Of a stretch of DNA of 64,000 nucleotides, positions 1 through 12,800 are shown piece after piece. The stretch spans positions 24,056,001-24,120,000 of the forward strand of contig NC_083240.1 of assembly GCF_032191835.1 (NCBI RefSeq). The letters run 5' to 3'. The first letter of the stretch is position 1. Every line of letters starts with the position of its first letter. The translations under genes were made by a program, and so were the position numbers. Origin of the DNA: Heteronotia binoei. Lineage: Eukaryota. Below the pieces are notes generated by a model that was given only the letters and a program-made list of their open reading frames with translations, searched no databases and was not told where the DNA came from.

Positions 1-309
1 CAACCAGGCATCAGCTGTGCTCCACAAGACCTGGTGCCCACAAGTTAGGTACAAGTCCAGCAAAACCTAGTTGATGGAGTCACATCTGTACAATTGTAAC
101 TATTACGTATGCCCCTCCTCCTAAAAATAGCATTTGATAATTGGAATTATTTATGCAGATCACATTTATTTTCATATCCTTGTTTTGTTTCACAGTTGAT
201 TTTTATCCCACTGCCCTTGTTTAAGTTTTAAAATAATTTGGATTCCCTCTACAGCAGTGCTGGTACACTATCAATTGTGGGTTCATCTGGCTGCCATTCT
301 AATAGCTGG

Positions 310-420
310 AAAAAAGGAAGAAGACAAAGGAGAAAATGAAGACGAGGAAGAAGACAAAGAAAATGAAGACAAGGAAGAAGATGAGGGAAAAGATGAAGGA
401 GACGAAGAAGAAGAACTACA
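310..420. repeat. Purine-only GAA/GAC low-complexity tract
   Basis: Near-continuous gaa/gac/gag trinucleotides. Confidence 0.8.
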
Positions 421-502
421 CTACTGCTGGCTCTCTCAGGTTTGCTAGGTCAGCCAAAAGTTCCACTGAGTCCTTTCATATACAATAATAAGGTGGTAGT
501 CT

Positions 503-740
503 AGCTGAAAAATACTTTGGCCACCACATGAGAAGGGAGCACGCACTGGAGAAGATCCTGATGCTGGGAAAGACAGAAGGCAAAAGAAGAAGGGGACGGC
601 AAAAGATGAGATGGCTGGACAGCGTTACTGTTGTAACTAACATGAATTTGACTGTACTTTGGAGGGTGGTGGGCCTGGCATCATTTGGTCCATGGGGTCA
701 CAAAGAGTTGGACTCAACTGTGCGACTGAACAACAACAAA
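503..740 (+). mobile_element. BovB/RTE LINE 3' end fragment
   Basis: Translates to LEKILMLGKTEGKRRRGRQKMRWLDS, the BovB ORF end; ends in gactgaacaacaacaaa. Confidence 0.9.
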
Positions 741-844
741 GTCTGGCCATTCCCACTAGGAAGCAATTTGATGTAAACTCTGAGTAGCTAGAAAGAGAGA
801 TGCCACAGATGAAAAGAAACCATCAACCCCTTTCCCACTCTGAC

Positions 845-3800
845 CTTCTCTGCAGAGGAGCTGGGATAACTGTTCATTTGCTTGGCCAGTTCATGTCCCA
901 GTTTCAGGTTCCAGCCTTCCTCTTGGTTCCTCCACAAGGACTTCTTCAGGAACTGCGGAAGCGTCAAGAAAACAGGCTTTACCATGCATGATCATTTGCC
1001 CAGGGAGGGACCACATAGGACAGATCATGCTTCTGGTGTTACCTCCAGTAGCCTCTGCTCCCAGGCAGCCTGCTTCAGGGTATACTTGCTGTGTCCTTCA
1101 GGGGAAGCACAGAAGGGCCAGCATTAGCCATTGCACTGAAAGGAGAAGTCCTACCATATATGGACCACCTGGCTTCAGACGAGCTGGGAAGATCCAGGTT
1201 GGAGGTATGCTAGAGCATCTACAAAAATGTGGATTTGGAGCTCTAGACAGCCTTACTTGCTAGGCAAAAGAACAGTGGCAGCACAATATATGAAATACAA
1301 AAATACAAAATATTGTGCACAAACAAACACTCTTAACTGGTGTATATACAGTTCTATTATAATGAAATGAACAGCCTACAACAGTGGGCATACATTCATA
1401 CAGTATAAATAGAAAACAACAGTCTCAAAATAGTATACCCAGGAGGACCCCACACAGTCACTGAGTTTTCCAAAATGAGTACAAAGACTCAAAAATAATG
1501 TTCCACAGGAGTCGCTCCGTTGTTTGTTGACTTCTGAAGGACAAATTCTAGCCTTCACGCAAACCCCGGATTTGATTGCGTTCCGCTGCTCCTGCAGCTT
1601 CCTCGTAAGTCTTAATTAAGATACCAAAATGGGCGTTTGAGAAAGAACTTGGCTGGAGTTTTCAGTTGACTTACGAGGAAGCTGCAGGAGCAGCGGAACG
1701 CAATCAAATCCGGGGTTTGCGTGAAGGCTAGAATTTGTCCTTCAGAAGTCAACAAACAATGGAGGGACTCCTGTGGAACATTATTTTTGAGTCTTTGTAC
1801 TCATTTTGGAAAACTCAGTGACTGTGTGGGGTCCTCCTGGGTATATTGTTTTGAGACTGTTGTTTTCTATTTATACTGTATGAATGTATGCCCACTGTTG
1901 TAGGCTGTTCATTTCATTATAATAGAACTGTATATACACCAGTTAAGAGTGTTTGTGCACAATATTTTGTATTTTTGTATTACTTGCTAGGCAGGCTTCA
2001 TGTTTCAAGGTGGCACATCAGTAAAAAGAACAGATTATTTCCCAATACCCAACAGGAAATCCTATAACCCCAGGACTTATAATCACCGGTGCTGGAAGCA
2101 GAAGACTAACATTGTGCTTTCACACGTGTTAAAAAATGCAGTTTCAATCCACTGCAGCAACCATTTGCAAGTGGATTTTGCCATTTCACACAGTAAAATC
2201 CAGTTGCAAAGTGCATTGAAAGTGGGTTCAAAGTGCATTATTTAGTGTGTGTGAAAGCGCTTCTTAGGTGGTGCAAACATTCAGCCTATTTTGAAAAACT
2301 GCTTCCAACTTGCTTCTGGGCTTCGTTCAAGGTGGCAGGATCCACACCCCGGAAGGACCACCTCTCCCCATATGCACCTGCTCACCAGTTAGGATCAACC
2401 CAACACCCCCTTCCAGCTGCACTCTTTGCCCATCCACTCTATGAACTTAATCACTGGTGAACTTAATCTATGAACTTAATCATTGGTGAATACATGGAAT
2501 TTAAAGAGCTATTAATTTTCAGTTCACCAATGATTAAGTTCATAGAGATTTAAAGTAGCTAATGTTATAAATCTTCAGAACAGACATCTGTCTTAAAGTG
2601 CACAGTAGCACTTTAATAGCACTTTAAATTCCATATATTTGGTATCTTCATGAATACTATGGCATAGACACTTAGAACCTATAGAAATAGTATTTCGTTA
2701 CTGATACCACGGTTATCATCCATGAGCAAGCATGAAAGCAATCCCACCTAAGGCAGGGATGGTCAATTGATGGCTCAGGAGCCATGTATGCAGGGCTGGC
2801 CCTGCCACCAGAGCCGGCATGTAGGAGTATGCAGCTGGCTAGGGTGCCACCCTGCCTGGGGCGCCGCTGGGCACCCTCCATGAGCTGGGCCACCCCCCCC
2901 CATGAGCCGTCAGCTCCTCCTGGGCACCCCCCCATGAGCCGTTGGCTCCTGCGCCCCCATCAGCCTTCCTACGCTGCAGAAAGGCTGAGCGGGGAAGGGG
3001 CTTGCATCCCACGCACCTTGTAAGGCGTGCAGGAGGTGATCAACAGCTCTTCCACCCCCAATCAGCCTTCCTGCGCTGCAGGAAAGCTGAGCCAGGGAAG
3101 GGGCTTGCGTCCCACGCGCCTTGCAAGGTGCGCAGGACACAACTGTCAGCTCCCCCCACCTCCCACCCTGATGTGGAAGCCTGAGGGGGATGGGGGCTGC
3201 TTGATGACATCACTTTTCATGACGTCATTGTGCCACGCACGCATGTTTTTTTCTAAAGGATTGGGGGGGGGGTGTGCTGAGCTGGGGTCTGCCTCCAGCA
3301 GCAGAAAACCCAGTGCCGGCTCTGCCTGCCACTAGGTAAACTAGGCAATTGCCTAGGGCGCTGGTCGTCTGGGGGCACCGGATTGGGTGCCTCCCGTGTG
3401 ACTCAGTGACCTGGGCTATCCGAATCAGGGAGCAATTTCAAGTTTTGTTCATTTCTGTTTCCTCACAATTCATCTGTTTTCGAATATCGGTTATCAGTGT
3501 TGGGGGAGGGGGGGGAATGCTAGGAGTTAGCCTTGCTGAGGGTGCCAGATGGTCTAGGGCTGGCCCTGCGTATTTGACTACCCTCTGAGTCTTCTGCAGT
3601 GAAGGGTGGCCAGGATTCCCTAGGAATGGGGTGGGGGAAGAGAGAGACGACCTCATCCCATGTACATCCCCATATCTGTTTGCTCTTTTTGTATTTCTTA
3701 GCTGAGTTCTGTTTTTATGTCTCGTAAACTGCCACGAGGCCTTTAGAGTACAAAAAAGGAGAGTAAAACCGTAACAAATAAATATGCAATACACACACAC

Positions 3801-6800
3801 AAAATCTATTGATTCACAAATGTTCCAAATCCAGCTCTCAGAAAGGGAGACAGACCTAGTAGCTCTGAACTCCAGGGGGCAGCAGGCTATGTTCTGACTC
3901 ACCTTCCAGAAGATGGACTGTGGCTGGGACCTCCACCCACCAGTGCTCAGCTACATCCTTGTAGATCTCTGGTCGCAAGGCCTGGAGCAGCAGCAGCACC
4001 GCTACCCCACGACCCGATCCTTCAAAGGGGGAAACCGCCAGGCCCTGCCAGTGAGCAACAGTGATGTGAGTGGGGCAAGTTTCCCAAGACAAAGAGCAAA
4101 ATGGGGCCAGTTGTCATGATGGAGAGTTGGGTGGCAGACCAGAGCTCTGAGCTTGGCCTTGCAAAAGCCCTGAAGGGGCTATGCCTTCTGGAGCCACCAA
4201 AAAGATGGATTTCCTCTCCAAATGCACTTACCAGGAGCCGGGCCAGCAACCCCTGGGGAGTCGGTGAGTTCACTGGGTGGAATGAGGCGGGAGAGCAAGA
4301 GAGAGTCATTAAACCAGAATCGAAGGTAGTTTCCTAGTTTGCACACCAAAGTGTCCTGACCACACCCATCCAGGGATCCCACTGGAGGATGGTGAGACTA
4401 AGCAAGCAGTGTATCCTTTCCAGGATGCATGCAGCACTTAGCACACTGTTGGGTCTTCAATGACAAACGAACAGCTTAATAGCCACAAAAGAAACTTAGC
4501 TGGCACCTAAGTGGCTGCAGGGTGTGAGCCAAGAGTTGCATCCCAGAATCTCCTGCAAAACTATGAAGTACCTGCCTGGGACAGATGGCACACTTTTTCA
4601 ATGGCACCTCTAAGATCACTGCCACTTGTTAAGTGAACCTGATGGGAAAGCATCAGCTCTGGTGGTACCCACCTGCCTCCACGCCGTCTTGAAGCACTCT
4701 CTGTATCCGCCGCACAGCCAGCATCCTCAAGATGTGGCACAGAGACGCAGCAGAGCCAGTAAAATATGGCTGCATCAGGTAGGCGAGCAGCTTGCTCCAT
4801 AATTCCTGTAGGGAAGAGACGAGGAGTCAAGGGCTTGGAATCGGCTCTCTTCCTGCCTGCCCCAGCACAGCCCTTCCTTTCGTGCTGGTTTACGCCTGAC
4901 CCAGAAGTTCATTCCTACAAAGAAACGTGCCATTCCAGGGCAAAAGCAAGATACGCCTAGCAACTGGAATGACATCTTCGTCTCTTCTGAACTTCTCTCT
5001 GTCCTTTTCACTGGTTTTTATGATTTTGCTATGGTTTTTCAAAAGAATGCTGTTGACATCAATTTTTTTTTACTGCCTGTAAAACTGCTGTTACTTCAAT
5101 TATTTTGCCGCTGTTCACCAGACTGCCTGTAATCAGGGGTCATTTTGTAGAAAAAGAGGCATTGGAGCTCAGTAGCACAACTCATTAGCACATGCCACAC
5201 ACCCCTGACATCCCTGGATGGTGCACTAAATTATATCAGCTTAAGTGCTTCCTGAATTATAATTGTCATAATAAAACCTTACTCTCATCATATTTTTAAC
5301 ATTACTTTCTCCTATGTGGCCACAGGGGCATGATGAAGATTTCCATCTGTCTGCTTTCTATGTTTTGGTTATTTCCCCATTTTTTGTGGGGAAAAATATT
5401 AGAAAGTTTGTCAAATCTTAGAGTGCAGCAAAATTTTCACACTGGGTTTGAACAAGGGAGCCCTGAAGCAAGTATTTTTTGAGGGGGAGGGGTAAGAAAG
5501 AGCACAATAAAACTTAGAGGTTCTGGAGCTCTTGCCCAAAATTAGGCCCGTCTGTAATTGAACAATTGTCTTTTCACTGTACTAAAATTTTACTTTCATT
5601 TGTGGAATTGCTCCCGTTTGTGGAGGATAGCCTTTTGAACAATGCTATAATTCCTCCAGCTTAAAAAAAAAAAAAGATTTACAAAACTAGGCTGGACGCA
5701 AAGGGGTCACTCACCTGGCTGGTGCCTCTCCCTGAAGCAACAGCTGCCTGGAGAGCATCCATGCTGGCTCTCTGGATCGCCTTCTCCTCCAGCCCACCCA
5801 AAGGGAGGCTCAGCCTGGAGTGGCCCTGAAAGAGAGAAGAAGAGCAGTGGTGTGGATGCTGCTGCACAGGCCTGGGCAACTGGTTGTTGGTGATCCTGTT
5901 GAAAAAAGCTCATGACAGAGCCTTTGAAAATACAAAGTACTTTTAACCCGACATTCCCTGCATAGAGCTTCCCCCCACCCCCCGCCATCAAGTTGCAGAC
6001 ACAGCAAGCCTGTAGGGTTTTCAAGGCAAGAGACATTCAGAGGTGCTTTGCTTTTGCCTGCTTTTGTGTAGCAGCCCTGCTGGTCTCCCACCCAAGGACT
6101 AACCACGGCTGACGCTGCTTATTTTCTGAGATCCGATGACATCAGGCTAGATTGGGCTATCCGAGCCAGGATGGAGCCACGTCCATGCAAACCGCATCGC
6201 CTCATAGCCTTCCCTTGTCACCTTCTCCTTTTCCATCCTGCCCCCCACCTGTCTATTCTGCCACTGAAATCTAGACTGTAAGCTACTCAGGGCAGAGACT
6301 TGCCTTGTGTTGGTTCGTTCATATTACCCCATAAAGCAGTGATAGCATAGTATAAGGAAGAAGCAGGATCTTGCATCCGCTGAGTTAGGAAAGTTGGAGC
6401 ATTCAAACGAGATTGCGTGTTCAAACAGTGTGACTTCTCCCTCACCCCAGCCCCAAATCCCAAAGGCTCCCTCCAATGCCAAGGACTCCGCCTGCCCTTA
6501 CCAGCTGGTGAGCTGAGATGGCCAGCTGCAGGGAGATATAGGTCAGGGGCCAGCCCTCCACTTTCTCTAGGTAGCCAGCCTGCAACAGCTTGCTGATGGC
6601 CTGGAGCATCACAAAACGGACCTAAGAGGAAGAGGAGGCCAAAAAGCAAAGCCAGGGTGGAGGGCTGTGGTTAGAAGAAGAAGACTGCAGATTTATACTC
6701 TGCCCTTCTCTTTGAATCAGAGACTCAGAGTGGCTTACCATCTCCTATATCTTCTTCCCCCCACAACAGACACTCTGTGAGGTGTGGGGCTGAGAGGGCT

Positions 6801-9800
6801 CTCACAGCAGCTACCCTTTCAAGGACAACTCCTGAGAGAGCTATGACAGACCCAAGGCCATTCCAGCAGCTGCAAGTGGAGGAGTGGGGAATCAAACCTG
6901 GTTCTCCCAGGTAAGAGTCCGCGCACTTAACCACTACATCAAACTGGCTCTGGAATTGGGAGACCAGAGTTCACATCCTCATTCTGCCATAAAGCTCCTT
7001 GGGTGATTGCAGGCCATCCGTTCACTTTGCTGTTGAGCAGAAAAGTTACAGATGCATCTTCAAGTATTCCTTCCAGCCTTGGAAAGGAGCCCACCCATTG
7101 TTCCTAAGCTGGTTTATTCAGCTTGCCTGTCCGTGTTTCTTGGTGCTATTCATTTAAGGGACAGACAGTCTGAACCATCCACTTCTTTTCTCTGATACAT
7201 GGAAGCTCATTCAAGCTGATTGCCTGGACCAGATTCTTCATCAGCCCAGGTGACCATGTGACTTTGCAACTCCAAGTTTAGGCCAAGGTCATGAGCATGA
7301 ATAGTAGAACAGCTACTCTGTTTTGTGTAGACTCTGGGGATCTAGGGAGCGGGGGGGGGGGCTGCTATCAAGGTCAGGGGAGAACTCTTTACTGATTGCT
7401 TTTGGGGGCTCCAAAATCTATGTCATGCCTGGGGCTTCTAGAGTGAGAAAGCAGCAGCTGGTAGGAGAAAACCTCTTGGTGGTGTACACATTTGATTTGG
7501 GATGTTTGAGTCCCTAGTTCAAGCTGCATCTTTGAACTGATTAAGAAAACAGGAATTGCAGGTCAGAAACCAGCCTAGAATGCAACTACAGCCTCTGAGC
7601 TTATGGGGCTTCAGTCTTGTATCTCTTTTCCATTGCTCAAACCAACCTAGAGAAGTGCACTGGACCAAGGAAACCAATGTCAGCTGCTTCTATGATGCGT
7701 AAGATTCTTACTCTGTTTTGTGAGCTCCTCCGCCCTTTAGAGCAGGCTTCTAAAGCAGACCATTGTTGCTGGTATCCAGGAACTGCCCTCGTTTCCCCCA
7801 GCCTGGCCCTCAGCCTCTCTGGGCTCTTACCCTGATGCTGTCGTCACCCAGCACCACCTTAATGGCCTTGACACACAGCTGCCTTCTGCTCCAGAGCTCA
7901 GGCACTGAAAGACACAAGGCACAGTCTGTTGGAGAACATCTGGGCTGTTGCAGTATCACTGGGAAGAGACCTGGGGGTTTTTTTATGCAAAAGGTTCCAG
8001 ACCAAGATCATAACCTAGAGAGGAAGGAGGACCTTCTGGGCCACCTAGGGTTGCCAAGTCCAATTCAAGAAATATCTGGGGACTTTGGGGTGGAGCCAGG
8101 AGCAAGATTGTGACAAGCACAAATGAACTCCAAAGGGATTCCTGGCCATCACATTTAAAGGGACCGCACACCTTTTAAATGCCTTCCCTCCATTGGAAAT
8201 AATGAAGGATAGGGGCACCTTCTTTGGGGCTCATAGAACTGGACTCCCAGGTCCAATCTTTTTGAAACTTGGAGGGCATTTTGAGGAGAGGCACTGGATG
8301 CTATGCTGAAAATTCGGTGACTCTACCTCAAAAGACAGCCGCCCCAGAGTCCTAGATACCTGCAGATCAATTCTCCTATTGGAATCGGTCTGCACAGGGA
8401 ATAATGGAGTTTGCAGCAGGCATTTCCCTCCCCTTCCCCCTGCTTTCTGATGACCCTAAAGCAGGGGGAGGGCCTCCAAACCAGGGGATCTCCTGCCCCC
8501 ACCTGGGGATTGGCAACCCNNNNNNNNNNNNNNNNNNNNNNNNNNNNNNNNNNNNNNNNNNNNNNNNNNNNNNNNNNNNNNNNNNNNNNNNNNNNNNNNN
8601 NNNNNNNNNNNNNNNNNNNNNNNNNNNNNNNNNNNNNNNNNNNNNNNNNNNNNNNNNNNNNNNNNNNNNNNNNNNNNNNNNNNNNNNNNNNNNNNNNNNN
8701 NNNNNNNNNNNNNNNNNNNNNNNNNNNNNNNNNNNNNNNNNNNNNNNNNNNNNNNNNNNNNNNNNNNNNNNNNNNNNNNNNNNNNNNNNNNNNNNNNNNN
8801 NNNNNNNNNNNNNNNNNNNNNNNNCAAATTGCATTTTAAGTATTTAAGCAACTTGCCACATATAATCTGAGCAATTCCAAACAACAGCCTTGGAAGGCAG
8901 TCCTGCATTATTATCCTGAGTCCTTACACTGGGCACTGATGATTTTGGAGAGCAATACCAGCAGCATGACACGCACTTCCTCCTGACTTTCTTCCAGCTT
9001 CACCTGGAAAAATCCCAGCAGCTCAGAGGGGTGGGAACGGGCTATAGGAAGGGAAAGGCACAGAAGTGTCAATTCATATGTATACAATCAGAGTTGGATT
9101 TATGCACAAACTATAGTTTAGGGCCTCAGATTTTAAGAAGCTTCTAAAAATTTCTATGATAAAACAAATACTTTTTTTTTTTTTTTGCTATAATGCTACT
9201 AGGCCTCTTAAACTTGACACAGTTTAGAGCCTCAGCATGTCTTAATCTGCCCCATGTGCCATTTCCTGTTCCCTTCTCAAACTGCAAGAAAGTCTATGCC
9301 CAGCAAAGCACTCGTTCTTTCCATACCCAGTTGCAAGAAGATATGAGTGATTTCAGCTTGGTTCTCTCTTCCATGTCGAGCGGGATACTGTGTCTTTCCC
9401 CTGGCACAGATCTATGCAAAAAAAAGGAGAGGGCCCTTTAGTGCAGAGAGATCTGGGATGGAGGGTCTGCTTCACTGAAGTGAATACACTGCAGCATTCC
9501 CTTCAGTGCATAGAGCCATGAATTGTATCCCCAAAGGGGGTTTTGCTCGCTGGTTTCTGAATCTTCTGCAAAAGCCCATCTTTAGATCACAGATTGGACC
9601 TAACTGGAGTGGGGAGAAGACTGAAGGATTAAGCTGTGGCAGGGGATTCTGTGCCTTGGAACCCAAATTGGGATGCTGGGTTGGGCCTCAGTGAAGCAGG
9701 TGGCTCTCCAGGGCAACTAGTTGGCTGCTGTATGAGACAGGGTGCTGGACTAGATGGAACACTGGCCTGACCCAGCAGGGCATCTCTTATATTCTTATGT

Positions 9801-12800
9801 TCAGGCTTACCTGGTGGGTTAGAACGCGAGCCAGGGGCTCCACATGCCTCTTGGGAATCTGATTGTTATTCACAAGAGAAGCCTCCAAAATCTGGCTCAG
9901 AATCTGCAGCAAGTATCAGAGAATTATGGTTTTATTCTGATGGCTAAAGAGGCAATCTGGGGGGTAGTTTTGGAGCAGGGAGGTGGCTGTGTAAGGGTTG
10001 GCAGGAGGACTACAAAGACAAAAGACATGAGAACCTAAAAGGTGAACAAACAGGCTGTGGCATGAAGAAATGAGCCCTCAGGGAATAAACACTCGACGAA
10101 TAAATCCTTGACTGAAGGACCATCTCCTTTCCTACAGTCATCAGGCAGCCATCTGCTGATTATCTATCCCACCACTTAGGGTGGCCCATCTAGCGTCAGC
10201 CAAAGTCCAGGCCTGTTCCATCATGGCTCTGTAGCATGAGCTTCCTGAAGAGGTGAGAAGATCTCCCCTCCTTGGAGATCTTCAGGAGATGCAGCAAGGC
10301 CTGCCTCTTTGCCGGGGCTTTGGGAGGTGTGGGCTGAATGGCAGGTGTCTTTCAAGGGGAAGAGTGGGGAGGGATTTAAGGCTTGTTATTTTACCTTTGG
10401 TTTTAGCTGGGGAAGTTTTACTTATTATTGTAAGCCAACCTGAACCAAGAAGAAAGGCAGGATAGAGATGCTTTAATAAACAAACAAACTCAACCCGTTG
10501 AACCAGGAATCAATGTGGGGGATTCACTGGATGATCTAAACTTGCAAATGGTTGCCTATAGGGAGAGGCTTGCCTTCAACTGGATGGGTTCCTAGACCAT
10601 GAATTTATACTGTTTCTGCCCCATCTGACAGCAATGAATATTTGCTGGAGAAAAGGAGACAAATCTTGTCAAATACGTAAAATATAATTAAGTAAGAGTA
10701 ACTGAGCGGGGAGGGGGAGAGGTACTGTCCCTGACACTTTTGTAGAATATGCAGAATTTGTGCTGTGGGCAACAGTGACTCCCCCATCGGCTCACCTTTG
10801 TGACATGCAGGGCCTCCACATTGCTCTCGTACTGTGCCATGAGCAGAGAGATGTCACCGTGAATCTGAGCCTGGAACTCCTTCTGGGTCAGCAGGATGCT
10901 AAGCATGGGGCCCAGCACCTTCAGAATGGCCAGCTTGACCTGCCAGGAAGGGCAAAAGGGGTGACAGAGGGGAGGGGAGAAATGATTGCCTTATAGCCCA
11001 AGTCCTTTCTAACTTAAGAAACTGTTTCTTTCACTCTCTCCTTTCAAGATCACCAGCATGAGTCCTGGGCGGCCAGTGTGGCCACTCCATACACCCCCTG
11101 CAGAAAATACCAGTCCTAGCTGGTTAGCATCTTACCTGGACATCGCTCATTGGCAGCCAGGTGCGGGTGATGCAGGCATAGAGCGGGAGAAGGTAGGTGG
11201 CAAACTGCTGGACGCTGAGACGTGGGTGTGAGCTCCTCTCCCAGGTTCGCAGGTAAATCCGAATCGCCCCACAGATCTGTTCCAGGGCTTGGGGGTGGGG
11301 CAAGGAGGAGGGAAGAGGCAGAGGGCCGAATGAGTACCAGGCAGAAATTTTGCTTTTGCATGGAGAGATGATGGTTGTGATAGCTCCACTATTGTCTCTG
11401 GCAAATATTGCAGTGCCCCTGAACAAGAGAAGAGACAATCCCACAGCTGACTTTTCTCTGCATGGCTTTGAAATCTCCTGACTTTCTCTTCTGACCAGCA
11501 CTTCCTGGTTGTCAATACCATCGGTCTAAATTTTAAAGAGAGTCAAGAATCTGCTCAGTGGTGCCTCAATTCTCTGCATGCAAAAGGTCCCTGATGTCTA
11601 GCAGTGCTCAGGTAAAAGATGAGAAAGGCCCTTCCCAATCCCAACACTTTCTATTGGCAATCCTTTAACTCGGGAGTTGCAGATAACAAACACAATTCTG
11701 GCTAACAAACCAGCTACAACCAGTCCACTGGCGGATTGAATGTAGCTGGTTTGTTAGCCAGAATTGTTGTGCAGCAGCTTTGTGCATTCATGTTCAGCAG
11801 CAGACCATGTTCAGCATCCATCCCATGAAAGGATTACTGGAAGCTGGCACAGGCAGAGAAAGGCCTTTGCGGATACCTGCTACTACATACCTTACTGAAT
11901 AAAATCTCCTGGAAAGACTGCAGATGAAGATAGACAAGAGCCAGAAACAACATAATCTCTCTGTGTGTGTGAGTGTTGCATTTTGTTCCCAGAAGGCAGA
12001 AGCAACCAAGCAGGGTGGTGGGGTGCTGTGTACTTCCAGCCTATGCTATGGTACTCAAACCTCTCCTAGAAACCACAAGAGGAGCAGCCTCCCATTTCCC
12101 CTCCAGACAGCAAAACTTGCCACGTGCTTAGGCAATAGCGTGGGGACCAACCCACTCCATCCGAGGCTTGAGCTTGGCAACACTCACCCATGCAGAGGGC
12201 CCTGCGCCGCCTGCCGTCTTCCATCCAGCGCATGGTGGTTTGCAGGGTAGTAAGGGTGATGCCCAGGAAGGGGACACAGCCATACACTGGAAAAAAAGAG
12301 AGCCAGGCAGGCGACTGATGCAGGAAGAGAGTGGTCAGTTATGTATCAGGAATGGGATTCTTTCTCCTGGCCCTAGCAAAGGCGAAAGCCTTGTGCCCTC
12401 TGCAAGCCTTATACAAGAGCAAACAGAGCGCCCCCCTCCCATCTTAATTCAGGTGAAAGAAGCCACTTTGGCTCTCAGATGTTGCAGCAGCCCTTTGTAT
12501 TCTGGTGATGGGAAGTGCCGTCCAGCTGCAGCCAATTTACAGCAACCTTGTAGGGTTTTCAAGGCAAGAGATGTTCAGAGGTGGTTCTCCATTGCCTGCC
12601 TCTGTGCAGCAACTCTGGACTACCTTGGAGGTCCCCCATCCAAATACAAACCAGGGCTGACCCTGCTTAGCTTTCAGGATCTGATGAGATCAGGTTAGCC
12701 TGGGCCATCCAGGTCAGAAGAAGAAGAAGAAGATGAAGAAGATATTGGATTTATATCCCGCCCTCCACTCCGAAGAGTCTCAGAGCGGCTCATAATCTCC

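Noticed and set aside
1-70. Possible next MROH exon (VLLDLYLTCGHQVLW...)
   Set aside because: Weak acceptor and no resemblance to the expected next MROH segment; the next exon probably lies outside the window.
257-448. Acidic E/D/K-rich 63-aa ORF
   Set aside because: Translation of a GAA/GAC low-complexity tract; no exon context.
8376-8908. Long ORFs containing X runs (also 30848-31288)
   Set aside because: Artefacts of N gaps.
12640-12715. 5S rRNA-like sequence (several copies)
   Set aside because: Diverged, truncated and fused to a non-5S tail, so SINE heads rather than rRNA genes.
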